A stretch of DNA of 64,000 nt from an uncultured Oligoflexus sp. (GTDB taxonomy: Bacteria > Bdellovibrionota_B > Oligoflexia > Oligoflexales > Oligoflexaceae). Where the stretch lies: the NCBI GenBank assembly GCA_964236955.1, contig CAXSGP010000007.1, positions 1 through 64,000 of the forward strand, in the 5' to 3' direction. A model generated the notes under the pieces. It searched no databases. It had not been told where the DNA came from and saw only the letters and a program-made list of their open reading frames with translations. The position numbers and the translations under genes are program-made. Shown piece after piece: positions 49,658-58,800 of the stretch (position 1 is its first letter; each line of letters starts with the position of its first letter).

Positions 49658-49692
49658 AAAGGCCCCTCGATTTTCATCGGGAGGCCTTTTTC
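49658..49692 (+). terminator. Intrinsic terminator after eno
   Basis: AAAGGCC..CGAT-TTTC-ATCG..GGCCTTTTT. Confidence 0.7.
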
Positions 49693-49771
49693 TTTGCTCA
49701 GACTTCTGATCTTGAACGATTCGCTGCAGATGACCTTTTGAAGATGACGGGTCAGCACCAAGGTCCAACAT

Positions 49772-50110
49772 TCACTGCGCTGCCATTTCCGAATGCTCCG
49801 CCGGTCGCAAATCTGGCCTTTGTACCAGTTTTACAAGCTCGCCAATACTACAATGGCTCTCGATCGGATGACGGAAGGGCCGCTTCAAATTGAGGGTGTA
49901 GTTATTTTTTCGCCCTTCTTTGCTTCTCTGAATGTAGCCTTCATGTTCCAACTCAGAAACTATCCTCTGTACAGCTCGCTCGGTGATTCCAACTGCGGTT
50001 GCGACTTCTCGCAGGACCCGCTCTGGATTCTGAGCCAAGAGAATGAGTACATGGGCATGGTTCGTGAGAAAGGTCCAACCAGTTGCTTCTTTTTCATGGG
50101 ATTTATCCAT
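49772..50110 (-). CDS. Winged-helix transcriptional regulator (WTFLTNHAHVL family)
   Basis: WTFLTNHAHVL..LREVA..VGITERAVQRI..GY..R.KEGRKN.Y. Confidence 0.9.
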   Translation of the reverse strand: MDKSHEKEATGWTFLTNHAHVLILLAQNPERVLREVATAVGITERAVQRIVSELEHEGYIQRSKEGRKNNYTLNLKRPFRHPIESHCSIGELVKLVQRPDLRPAEHSEMAAQ

Positions 50111-50321
50111 TCTTCCCTCAACTTCCGAAAGAAAAAAAGCTCTTTCATCAAAACATTAGCACAGTTAGTTCACATACCAAACACGAAGGGAATGACCTGT
50201 ATTCTAAATAACGAAATCATTTCCTTAGTAAAATAAGACGATCTTTCGTTTAGGGAAAGATCGGAAAACCCAGTTTATCAAGGGATATCCATACTGCCAG
50301 ATTGCATACCCCATTCTCGCC

Positions 50322-50349
50322 TCAAGTTTGCAAGCTCAGTTACCGATAG
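50322..50349 (+). promoter_or_regulatory. Putative sigma28 promoter of che cluster
   Basis: TCAAGTTT..ACCGATAG (TCAAG-N15-ACCGATAG), about 45 nt upstream of first gene. Confidence 0.55.
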
Positions 50350-50392
50350 CCCTAGAGAAGAGTCACATTCTCTTTTAGATTGGGGGCCTGCT

Positions 50393-50899
50393 GTGGAAAG
50401 CAGAAAAGTAATTAAATTCGCTAACTTGAAAATCGATTTAGTCGAGTTGTCAGGGGCTGCCCACTATTACATCGCTGGCGATGTCGACGAAAACTTTCGA
50501 CAAAAAGAGATACCGCGCATAAAAAGCCCCGAGCTCCATCTGCACCTCAAGGAGGTGGGTAATTTTAACTCGGTCGGTATCCGGGAATGGATACAACTCA
50601 TCAGCGATCTTTCACTTCACAGCAAGCTTAGCTTTCACGAGTGCAGTGTGTCCTCCATTGATCAGATCAATATGGTTCCCCATTCCTTGGGCGGAGGCAA
50701 AGTGGAATCTTTCTATGCTCCCTATTACTGCAGCTGCGGACGGGAAACCGTCAAACTCATCGTCGTACACGAGCACGAAAAAGAACTGCGAATGAACCTT
50801 GCCCCTCGCTTCTTATGCGAGTGTGGAAAGACTCTGGAATTTGATGCACTCGAAGAAACATACTTTCAATTTCTCACGAGTCTGCCTAAAGCAGGCTAG
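50393..50899 (+). CDS. STAS-like domain protein with C-terminal Cys cluster (Zn-ribbon-like)
   Basis: GDVDE.F, FNSVGIREWI (STAS Ser loop), VESFYAPYYCSCG..CECG..LEFD. Confidence 0.75.
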   Translation: MESRKVIKFANLKIDLVELSGAAHYYIAGDVDENFRQKEIPRIKSPELHLHLKEVGNFNSVGIREWIQLISDLSLHSKLSFHECSVSSIDQINMVPHSLGGGKVESFYAPYYCSCGRETVKLIVVHEHEKELRMNLAPRFLCECGKTLEFDALEETYFQFLTSLPKAG

Positions 50900-50912
50900 T
50901 TAAAAAGGGGAC

Positions 50913-53294
50913 TTGAGCATGGATGCTCTTGTCAAAGCTACAATTGAATCGCTTTGCAAAAAAACACTGCCTGAAATGCAGGAGCAGCTGCTCCTCTGTC
51001 TCCATTCCGGCCTTCCACTCGACGATGTGGACCTTCTCTACAATTTGAAAGAAGGTCGCGAACTCATCGGATTGCTACTTGCCGCCACCAGTCTTGAAAA
51101 AGAAATCACTGTTTCCTCTTTTCAGGATAGCGCAAGCGCGTTAGATAGCAAGCACGAAGAGACAGGAACTTTGCGCGAGCGAGCTGCAACATCAGGTAAT
51201 TCCAGCCTTTCAGAGCAATTGACCAGAGAGCCGGCGAAAAATAATGCGGCTCCTTTGAGCGATGAAGAGGCCTATGCGCTTCTCGCTGAGATGGATGGAA
51301 TGAGCGTCGAAAGCCCTCCTGTGAAAAGCCCGCAAGACCAGGGCCAGGCAAGCTCAGACATGGATGAAGGCGAGGCCATGCGCCTGTTGGCCGAGATGGA
51401 TGAACCCATCACGGCTCAGTCCAGCACCACTCATAAAGTTACGACGTCCCCAGCCGTCGCCCCTCATGCGCAAGAACATGCAGATACCACGGACTCTGCC
51501 TTTGATGATGAAGGCGTGACAGAAATCGCCGAATGGGAGGCCAACGAATTTCAACGCGACCCCTCCATGCTCAATGATTTTATAATCAACACTGACGAAT
51601 TGATGCAAACCCTTGACGCTACAATCCTTCAGCTGGAGCAGGATCCGACTAATAAGAAGATTATCGAAGAAGTCTTTCGCTCCGCGCACACTCTTAAGGG
51701 TGCCGCTGGCATGTTTGGCTTTAAGGGCATCGAACGTGTGATGCATCGTATGGAAAATCTCTTCGATCTGATCCGCAAAGAAAAACTTCTGACCGATTCA
51801 AGGACGATAGACATCGTATTTCAAGGGCTGGACCTTCTGCGCACATTGCTTCAGGCAGTCAGGGAAGGGGCGCCCTCCGGAGTGTCAACCGTACCCATCG
51901 TTGAGGCCCTGGGTCTGGCGGCGCGCGGCAAATACCAGGCTTCAGTTAAAAAAGGCTTGGATTCCGAGCCTATTGCCGCCAAAGCCCCGGCTCCGGCAGG
52001 CACCGCCCCAAAGCCTCCAGCCGAGAGCGAAGAGGGCAGGACCAAGAAAAAGGAGCCCAAAGAGCAATCGACTATACGAGTCGATCTCGAACGCCTTGAT
52101 GTGCTGGTTAATCTGGTCGGCGAACTCGTAATCGACCGATCGCGCTTTGCCAGCATCGAGAATGAGCTGCGCACCGATTATCCCCAAATCAAGGTTGGCA
52201 GTAACTTTTCCGAGACGGTCCAGCTTTTTGGGCGTCATATGAATGAAATTCAGGACATCATTATGAAAGTGAGGATGGTCCCGATCGGCAACGCCTTTAA
52301 TAAATTTACCCGCGTCGTTCGCGATATCTCACGGTCCCTCGACAAAAAAATAGACCTGACCATCATAGGTGAAGATGCTGAACTCGATAAGACGATGGTC
52401 GAGCAAATCGGCGATCCCCTTATTCACCTGATACGCAATTGCTGTGACCATGGCATTGAAATGCCAGACGTTAGACGCGAAAAGGGCAAGAACCCTCAAG
52501 GCACCATACGCCTCTCCGCGGCCCAAGAAGGCAATCACATCGCCATTAAAATCATCGATGATGGCAAGGGCATAGACACGGCCGTCATCAAACGCAAAGC
52601 AATCGAAAAAGGACTGATCGCCGAAGATGCTACCCTCAGCGACCGTGATACGTTGAACCTGATCTTCGAACCTGGATTTTCAACTGCTGAGAAGGTGACC
52701 AACCTCAGCGGTCGCGGCGTCGGCATGGACGTAGTGCGGCGCCAGATCATGAAACTCAAAGGCACGATAGACCTGGAAAGCAAGGTCGGCCATGGGATGA
52801 CCGTCACGATTCGCCTGCCTCTCACCCTCGCCATCGTGCAGAGCCTACTGGTCAAATCAAGAGGAGAGACCTTCGCAATTCCATTGAATTCGGTAATAGA
52901 ATCGATTCGCATCTCACCCAAAGACATTCAAAAAGTAGGCGACAGCGCCGTCTATAAGCTGCGCGACAATGTGCTGCCCTTGGTGCTGCTCGAGGAGGTG
53001 ATGTCCCTTTCCTCGCGTGAGGACCATTCCCCAGCCAAAAGCGGTAAGTCCAGGACCCGCACGGATCGACTGTTTGTCGTCGTTGTCGGCCATCCCGATC
53101 ACCCCACCGGCATCATTGTCGATCAGCTTCTTAGCCAGCAGGAGATGGTCATCAAACCCATGGGCCCACTGTTGCGAAATATTCCATGTGTGTCAGGCGG
53201 TGCCGTACTCGGTCAGGGCGAGGTGGTTTTGGTGCTCGATGTCCCCGAAATAGAAAGTATAGGTCGTAACCGTAACCGTCATCACGCCGCATAG
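50913..53294 (+). CDS. cheA: Chemotaxis histidine kinase CheA with N-terminal extension
   Basis: FRSAHTLKG (Hpt), IRVD..RLD.L.NLVGELVI, HLIRN..DHGIE, DDGKG, FEPGFSTA, SGRGVGMD, CheW-like C-terminus. Confidence 0.97.
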   Translation: MSMDALVKATIESLCKKTLPEMQEQLLLCLHSGLPLDDVDLLYNLKEGRELIGLLLAATSLEKEITVSSFQDSASALDSKHEETGTLRERAATSGNSSLSEQLTREPAKNNAAPLSDEEAYALLAEMDGMSVESPPVKSPQDQGQASSDMDEGEAMRLLAEMDEPITAQSSTTHKVTTSPAVAPHAQEHADTTDSAFDDEGVTEIAEWEANEFQRDPSMLNDFIINTDELMQTLDATILQLEQDPTNKKIIEEVFRSAHTLKGAAGMFGFKGIERVMHRMENLFDLIRKEKLLTDSRTIDIVFQGLDLLRTLLQAVREGAPSGVSTVPIVEALGLAARGKYQASVKKGLDSEPIAAKAPAPAGTAPKPPAESEEGRTKKKEPKEQSTIRVDLERLDVLVNLVGELVIDRSRFASIENELRTDYPQIKVGSNFSETVQLFGRHMNEIQDIIMKVRMVPIGNAFNKFTRVVRDISRSLDKKIDLTIIGEDAELDKTMVEQIGDPLIHLIRNCCDHGIEMPDVRREKGKNPQGTIRLSAAQEGNHIAIKIIDDGKGIDTAVIKRKAIEKGLIAEDATLSDRDTLNLIFEPGFSTAEKVTNLSGRGVGMDVVRRQIMKLKGTIDLESKVGHGMTVTIRLPLTLAIVQSLLVKSRGETFAIPLNSVIESIRISPKDIQKVGDSAVYKLRDNVLPLVLLEEVMSLSSREDHSPAKSGKSRTRTDRLFVVVVGHPDHPTGIIVDQLLSQQEMVIKPMGPLLRNIPCVSGGAVLGQGEVVLVLDVPEIESIGRNRNRHHAA

Positions 53295-53302
53295 GGAACC
53301 TA

Positions 53303-53860
53303 ATGAGCAATCCATTTAATGATATTTTCAGTAATAACAGCATGTTCAGCATCATCGGTGAGCTTGATGCCGATCATGCGACACGTGACTTCAGCCAGGT
53401 TCGCCAATTTATCGGCTTGCTCATCGATAAAGAAGAATTTCTATTACCCATAGAAGTTACTAACGAAATTATTATGATGAATCAAATGACTTTCGTCCCC
53501 CGGGCCCCTCGCTTCGTCGATGGCGTCATCAATCTTCGCGGTACGATACTGCCAACGATCAATCTTCGGAAGATGCTCGGTAACAGCAGCACGCAATTTA
53601 GCGGCCAGTGCCGTATAATCATCGCCAGGTGCGAAGATTTCACGGTGGGCTTGATGGTCGATGGAATCACCTATGTAGTCGCTTTGAGTCAGGATCAGCT
53701 GCAGCTTCAAACCTTGCATAACAAGGGAACCGGCTCAGAATTGATCTCAATGATCAGCAAGCGGGGCAATCAGATCAACGGTGTGTTGGATATTACAAAA
53801 ATCGTCGCCGAAACCGGCATCAGTTACCACGAAGAAGAACCTGATGAAGAAGCTATTTAG
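53303..53860 (+). CDS. cheW: CheW
   Basis: VPRAPRFVDGVINLRGTILPTINLR, VGLMVD. Confidence 0.92.
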   Translation: MSNPFNDIFSNNSMFSIIGELDADHATRDFSQVRQFIGLLIDKEEFLLPIEVTNEIIMMNQMTFVPRAPRFVDGVINLRGTILPTINLRKMLGNSSTQFSGQCRIIIARCEDFTVGLMVDGITYVVALSQDQLQLQTLHNKGTGSELISMISKRGNQINGVLDITKIVAETGISYHEEEPDEEAI

Positions 53861-55499
53861 TCTCATCTTCGCCACATGCATTTGGGCCTCTTCGACTTAC
53901 TCTGCCCCTGCACCCAGGAAAGCCGATTTTCTTTTTGAACTGCAGTCCTCCGTGAAGGGGCTCGGGGTGCTTCAGGACGGCATTATGGGTGCCGGACTTG
54001 GAGCTGAAATGGAGGGCAGAAAAGGACTCAACGAAATCACCGTATCCGCTCCCGGCTTTGTCACAAGAAAGATCCGTTTCTGGCTTGAGCCCGGCAGGAA
54101 AAAGTTGATCCCCATCGAGCTGGCCAAAATCAAATTCGAATCAAACTCCAACTGGAAAAGTCCTTTTAAAAAATTTGAAGGCGCTCGCCTTGAAAAGAGG
54201 GCCAGCGCCTGCGCCTGGTACCAAAGCAAGACCCAGGATAAAACCAGCTGCGACCGCCTCACTTACCTTGACGATATTTATTACTCAGAAGATAGCATCT
54301 TCAACATAAAAGATCTGAAAGACTACCAGAAATCCCAGGAGCTCGCGACCTTTCGTCAACTTCTGGCCGGCATCGATCAGACTGATTCGGCTGCCGGAAT
54401 TGAAGACTTCTTCACAAAGCATCCTCGGCAAACCTCGGCCTTTCACCTCGCATCGCTCTTTAGTCTTCTGCAAGGGGATTGCCCCCGTGTCTATAGCCTC
54501 TATACTGAGGCCCAGCAGGTCTTGGAGGAAGTGGGGACCTTAAGGCTCCACATGGTCGTCTGCGCTGAGGCCCATAACGATATCAAACTACGGGACCACA
54601 TCCTCGCCGAGGCGATGAATGACAGGGCCCCCAATCTTTCCCTTGTCTTCTGGCTATTTCAGACCCAACTTCCGGTATCTATGGCTAAAGCCGCAGCGAC
54701 TGCACTTAAATGCTATAAAACCAATCCAGGCGATCTTCGTTGCCAGGATGCGCTGGCGATGACAGCCAAGGTTCAAGGCAAGCCTTACCGGGCCAATGGA
54801 GCTAGCATCGAGGAGGAGACCTTTAGAAACTTCATGAGCATTGAAGAAAATCTCCCGAAGGGCCAACAGGAGGCTCTCTACCTTGCCATCGCCAATCAAC
54901 TCGATGAATTTCCCCAGTCAATCGAAAATTATGTGCTCCTTTCTTGGATCAATACCGTCTATTCCAAAGACCTGGCCCGTGACACCTACGTCAGCCGCAA
55001 AATTCAGGTTGCCGAAGTTCAAGCGGGTGGCACTCTTGAAAAAATCATCGAATCGATCGAAAAAAACAACCTGTCGCAAATTCTTCCGGCGATCTATCTG
55101 CGGCGACTTCGATTTGAACCGACCGATCCCAATCTTTGGTACCGCTTGATCCGCTCCTATTCGAAGGCAAAGCAATGCAAGGAGATGTTAAGCGGAATCG
55201 TGGCGGGTACGGAGTTTCTGCCAAAGTTTAATCCGGGGCTCCTGCAGATGAAGGGCAGTTGCGAAGCCGACCTGCAACTCTATAAAGATGCCGTGATCAC
55301 CTATACAAAGATCCTGGATTTGAATCCAAAGGCCTGGACCTCGCCCTTTAATCTGGCCAACATCTACGATCGCTTAGGCAATAAAAAGCTGGCCTTCTTT
55401 TATTTCAAAAGGACTCTGGAATTAGGCCCTCCGGCTGAAGTTGCGGAATCCGTTAAAATGAAAGTGCTGCAATTTCAGCCGCTTGAAACCACCAAATAG
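53844..55499 (+). CDS. Exported TPR-repeat protein
   Basis: Start at MKKLF (signal peptide); C-terminal TPRs (YKDAVITYTKILDLNP..FNLANIY..LG); 17-nt overlap with cheW. Confidence 0.8.
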   Translation: MKKLFSLIFATCIWASSTYSAPAPRKADFLFELQSSVKGLGVLQDGIMGAGLGAEMEGRKGLNEITVSAPGFVTRKIRFWLEPGRKKLIPIELAKIKFESNSNWKSPFKKFEGARLEKRASACAWYQSKTQDKTSCDRLTYLDDIYYSEDSIFNIKDLKDYQKSQELATFRQLLAGIDQTDSAAGIEDFFTKHPRQTSAFHLASLFSLLQGDCPRVYSLYTEAQQVLEEVGTLRLHMVVCAEAHNDIKLRDHILAEAMNDRAPNLSLVFWLFQTQLPVSMAKAAATALKCYKTNPGDLRCQDALAMTAKVQGKPYRANGASIEEETFRNFMSIEENLPKGQQEALYLAIANQLDEFPQSIENYVLLSWINTVYSKDLARDTYVSRKIQVAEVQAGGTLEKIIESIEKNNLSQILPAIYLRRLRFEPTDPNLWYRLIRSYSKAKQCKEMLSGIVAGTEFLPKFNPGLLQMKGSCEADLQLYKDAVITYTKILDLNPKAWTSPFNLANIYDRLGNKKLAFFYFKRTLELGPPAEVAESVKMKVLQFQPLETTK

Positions 55500-55804
55500 A
55501 CCGAAGCTGTCGCGACCGGGGCAACCGCTTTGTCAGAGTGCCGGGTGGATTCATAGCGGCTTGCCATCGACAGGCCCTTCCCAAAAAGATCCTGTTCCCG
55601 TGCTACGGTGTTTGGGAAGCAGGTCTGGATCTCACCAGCAGCGAATCCAATGCTGCAATGGACAGTATCCGTAAAGCTCATCGCCATGGATTGGGCTCAT
55701 CGCCCGAATCCATAAGACTGCCTAGGTTTTTTTCGATATTGCTTCGAAGCTGGGGAGCCAAATCCCTGAGCGAAGCCGAACCTTATACCCTAAAATCCCG
55801 AACT

Positions 55805-58800
55805 TCATTTATTGTTGAGTTTGAGGTCAGCCGCGAAAGCCAGTATGCTCTTTGCCGAAGCCGACTGACTAATGCGTTGAAACGAGTTCGTGCGTGGATT
55901 AACCAGATCGACTCCCGAGATCGTTTCTATGATACCGATCAAATCCAAAGTTTCCGCGAGGTTCAACCGATAGATCTGCTCAATAAAGTGAGAGATCGTC
56001 TGACTGATCCGATCCGCGCTGACATTGCCGAGTTCGTTGAAGAGCTGAGTAAGGTAATCTCTGTCCTTCGCCTGAGCGAGGATTGCGCGCAGGGGATCCT
56101 TATCCATGCCAAGCACGCGTTTAACACTATCGTTTTGGTCTAGGGAGCGTTTGCATTTCATCAGGAAGGGAAAGATCTCGCCACCCGTACTCAGATGAAG
56201 AAAGGGATAATAGTCGAGGCTCACCGCTCTCAATAGGAAAGTCAAACGATGGAAAATACGTGATGACGGAGCCGCCATGTAATGATTACGGTCGATATAA
56301 ATATCTCTCTTCTCAAAATCAAATTGGAAGCGATCGCCTATCGAAGGCAGATGATAGAGGTGATAGCCGTTGTCTTTCAGAGCTGCCGTATAGTAGCGTA
56401 GACTGGTTCTTTGTATCAACTCGTCCGTCAAGGGTATTGCTTTCCGCACTTTCTGAATTTCGTCCGGACGCATCTTGAGGCGATCGGCAACCCCGGAAAT
56501 ACCCATCTCGTGGACAAAGGCCTGGATAAAGAGCGGGTAGAGCGCTTTCAAAACGCGAGCCAAGGGACTTTTGATGCCGGGATGGAACATTTCCCTATCC
56601 ATACGATCGATCCATTTGAATTCATATCGAATCGACTGGGGATCGCGCCATACTCTTTGCGGAAAGCTGTCGAGACTGGCAACATTGTTGTCGATCAAAG
56701 CTGCAACCTGCACGGCAATAATATTCTCCGCCATATCCTTCAAAGGATAGCTGAGGATTGACTCGAGCAGTCCCGTGTCGGGAACTAGACTTCGAGCGAC
56801 ACGACGCCAGGCTGCCGAGGCGTCATCACGCGGTGCGATAGCTTCCGCGGGGTTTTGTGGCTCGAAGGAACTTATATCGACCGCCGCGGAGGCTGACGAT
56901 CTGGAATCATTGTCGTAGCGGCTCTTAAATTCTTTGGCACTCGTTTCTTCCGCAGCAAGGTCCGACGAAAGAGGCGCAAAGGAAGGAGCCGGCGGCGGGG
57001 GTGGCAAGCTCATATCGTGGGTCGGTGAATAGACATTGGTATTTTCAAAGAAGGATAGAGGCTCCGGAGCCCTGATCCCCGGGTTTATACCCGCCCGCTT
57101 GGAATCAGCACGCATCGGCATGTCCACGCCAGGCAATTCAGCAAGCTGGGTATGCATGGGCAACTGGTTTGGCAAACGATTTTTTTCCTCCAAATCGAAC
57201 TGCTGAGAGTCATCACCAAATGAGAATGGGGAGGAACTCAAGTCACTCTTATCCCTTAGCACAGGTGGTGGCTCGAGTTTCAGCAAGGCTAAACCTGTTT
57301 GGGTGTGTTCGATATTTAATCCGGGTTCATTGAAATCAAAACTCGCTTGCTCGGCCCGCTGTGCGGACGAACGTGCGTATGCGGCATTTCCCAGGTTCTC
57401 AACATCCAGTTGGAAAACCGTTCGATCCAAATCATTTTCGGCGACGGTAAACCCCATTTTTTCAAATTGATCCCGACCTGTTGATAGTATAGTATGGTCA
57501 ACTTCCGAAAGATCATCGCTAAGCACGGCTGCCGCTTCCGAGTCGATGCCCTGATTTCCGAAATAACGCATTGTGACGACTTCCACCGGCCCATCGCGGA
57601 GCGACGACTGACGAGCTGAAAGCTCTAGGAATTCCTGCTCAAGCCCCGAGACCGAAAGTTGATATTCCTTTAACGGGCGAGGATCGTCCTTTAGATAAGG
57701 CAATACCCTTTGAAGCAATTCATGGAGGGCGAACTCGGCCTGAATCTCCCTATAGAGAGCAATCAATATCCCCCAGATACGGGATTCCTGAGGAAATTCA
57801 GCATGCAGACTTTCCAAAATTTTCCGCGCCTTGCGTGAGCCGCTGTTGGATTCAATTAGATAATCGGCGTAGAAAAGTCTAATTTCATAGAGCACATTAG
57901 GATCTACGGCCGAACCATCATGTTCAGCAAGATCTTCGATGCGAGCAAAGAAATTCTTGCCCATCGCCAAAGCGTCGAAGGATCTTCGTGAATAATTTAG
58001 AAACTCTACGATCTCCGAACGGTCGACGAGCCGAATCATCGTCATCCACCAGAAGCTTTGGAATAAGCTACCATCTTTATTATGAAGACTATAATCCATT
58101 GCGGCTTTGGTGGTACGAGAGTCAAGTACCTTCAAAATCAAATCCTGGTCGACAAAGAAGCGGAAAGTCTCATCCCGCTTTTCCAGCACGAGGCGGCACA
58201 TAAAACTGTTGATCGTGGCTTTTGCCTCCCGGGCTTTCGGCCCGTTTTGGCCCAGATGATACTCCATTAGGTGGAGGATAATAGTCCGATGCGACCAAAG
58301 CGAAGGATCGGAAAGCACATATTCAAGAAAGAAATGATCATGGATTCTATCCGTGACACCATAACGCTCAAGCCAGGTCAGACGAATCCTAGCCGTATCA
58401 GCAACCGGCAAATCCGTCAGCAGGCTGACGAATTGCTCCCCATCTTCAGCTGAGATATTGAAGCCTTGCAGACTGGCTTGAACCTGATCCATGACGAAAT
58501 TCTTGTGACTATCACTCGTGCTCAGGCGAAGCTGCGCAAGGAGATAATGAAGGGCTTCCGTTTCATTGCCCATACTTCGAATCTGTTTGAGGAAGCCATC
58601 GAGATCGCCCGTGGCAAACTCAGATTTGGTCACGAGTCGATGTTGAATCTCCAGCTTGATGCTCATCATCATGGGAACATCTTTGGTAAGCCGTAAGGCA
58701 TGCCGCTCGTAAGCCAAAATTTCTTCGGCGTCGCTGCCACGATCTGCCAGTTGCAGAAGTAAATCAACTTTGAGGCTTTCATCCTCGATCAACGCCAGCA

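Noticed and set aside
55538..56143. 201-aa plus-strand ORF
   Set aside because: Overlaps the 3' end of the giant TPR gene on the opposite strand; no SD or recognisable motif
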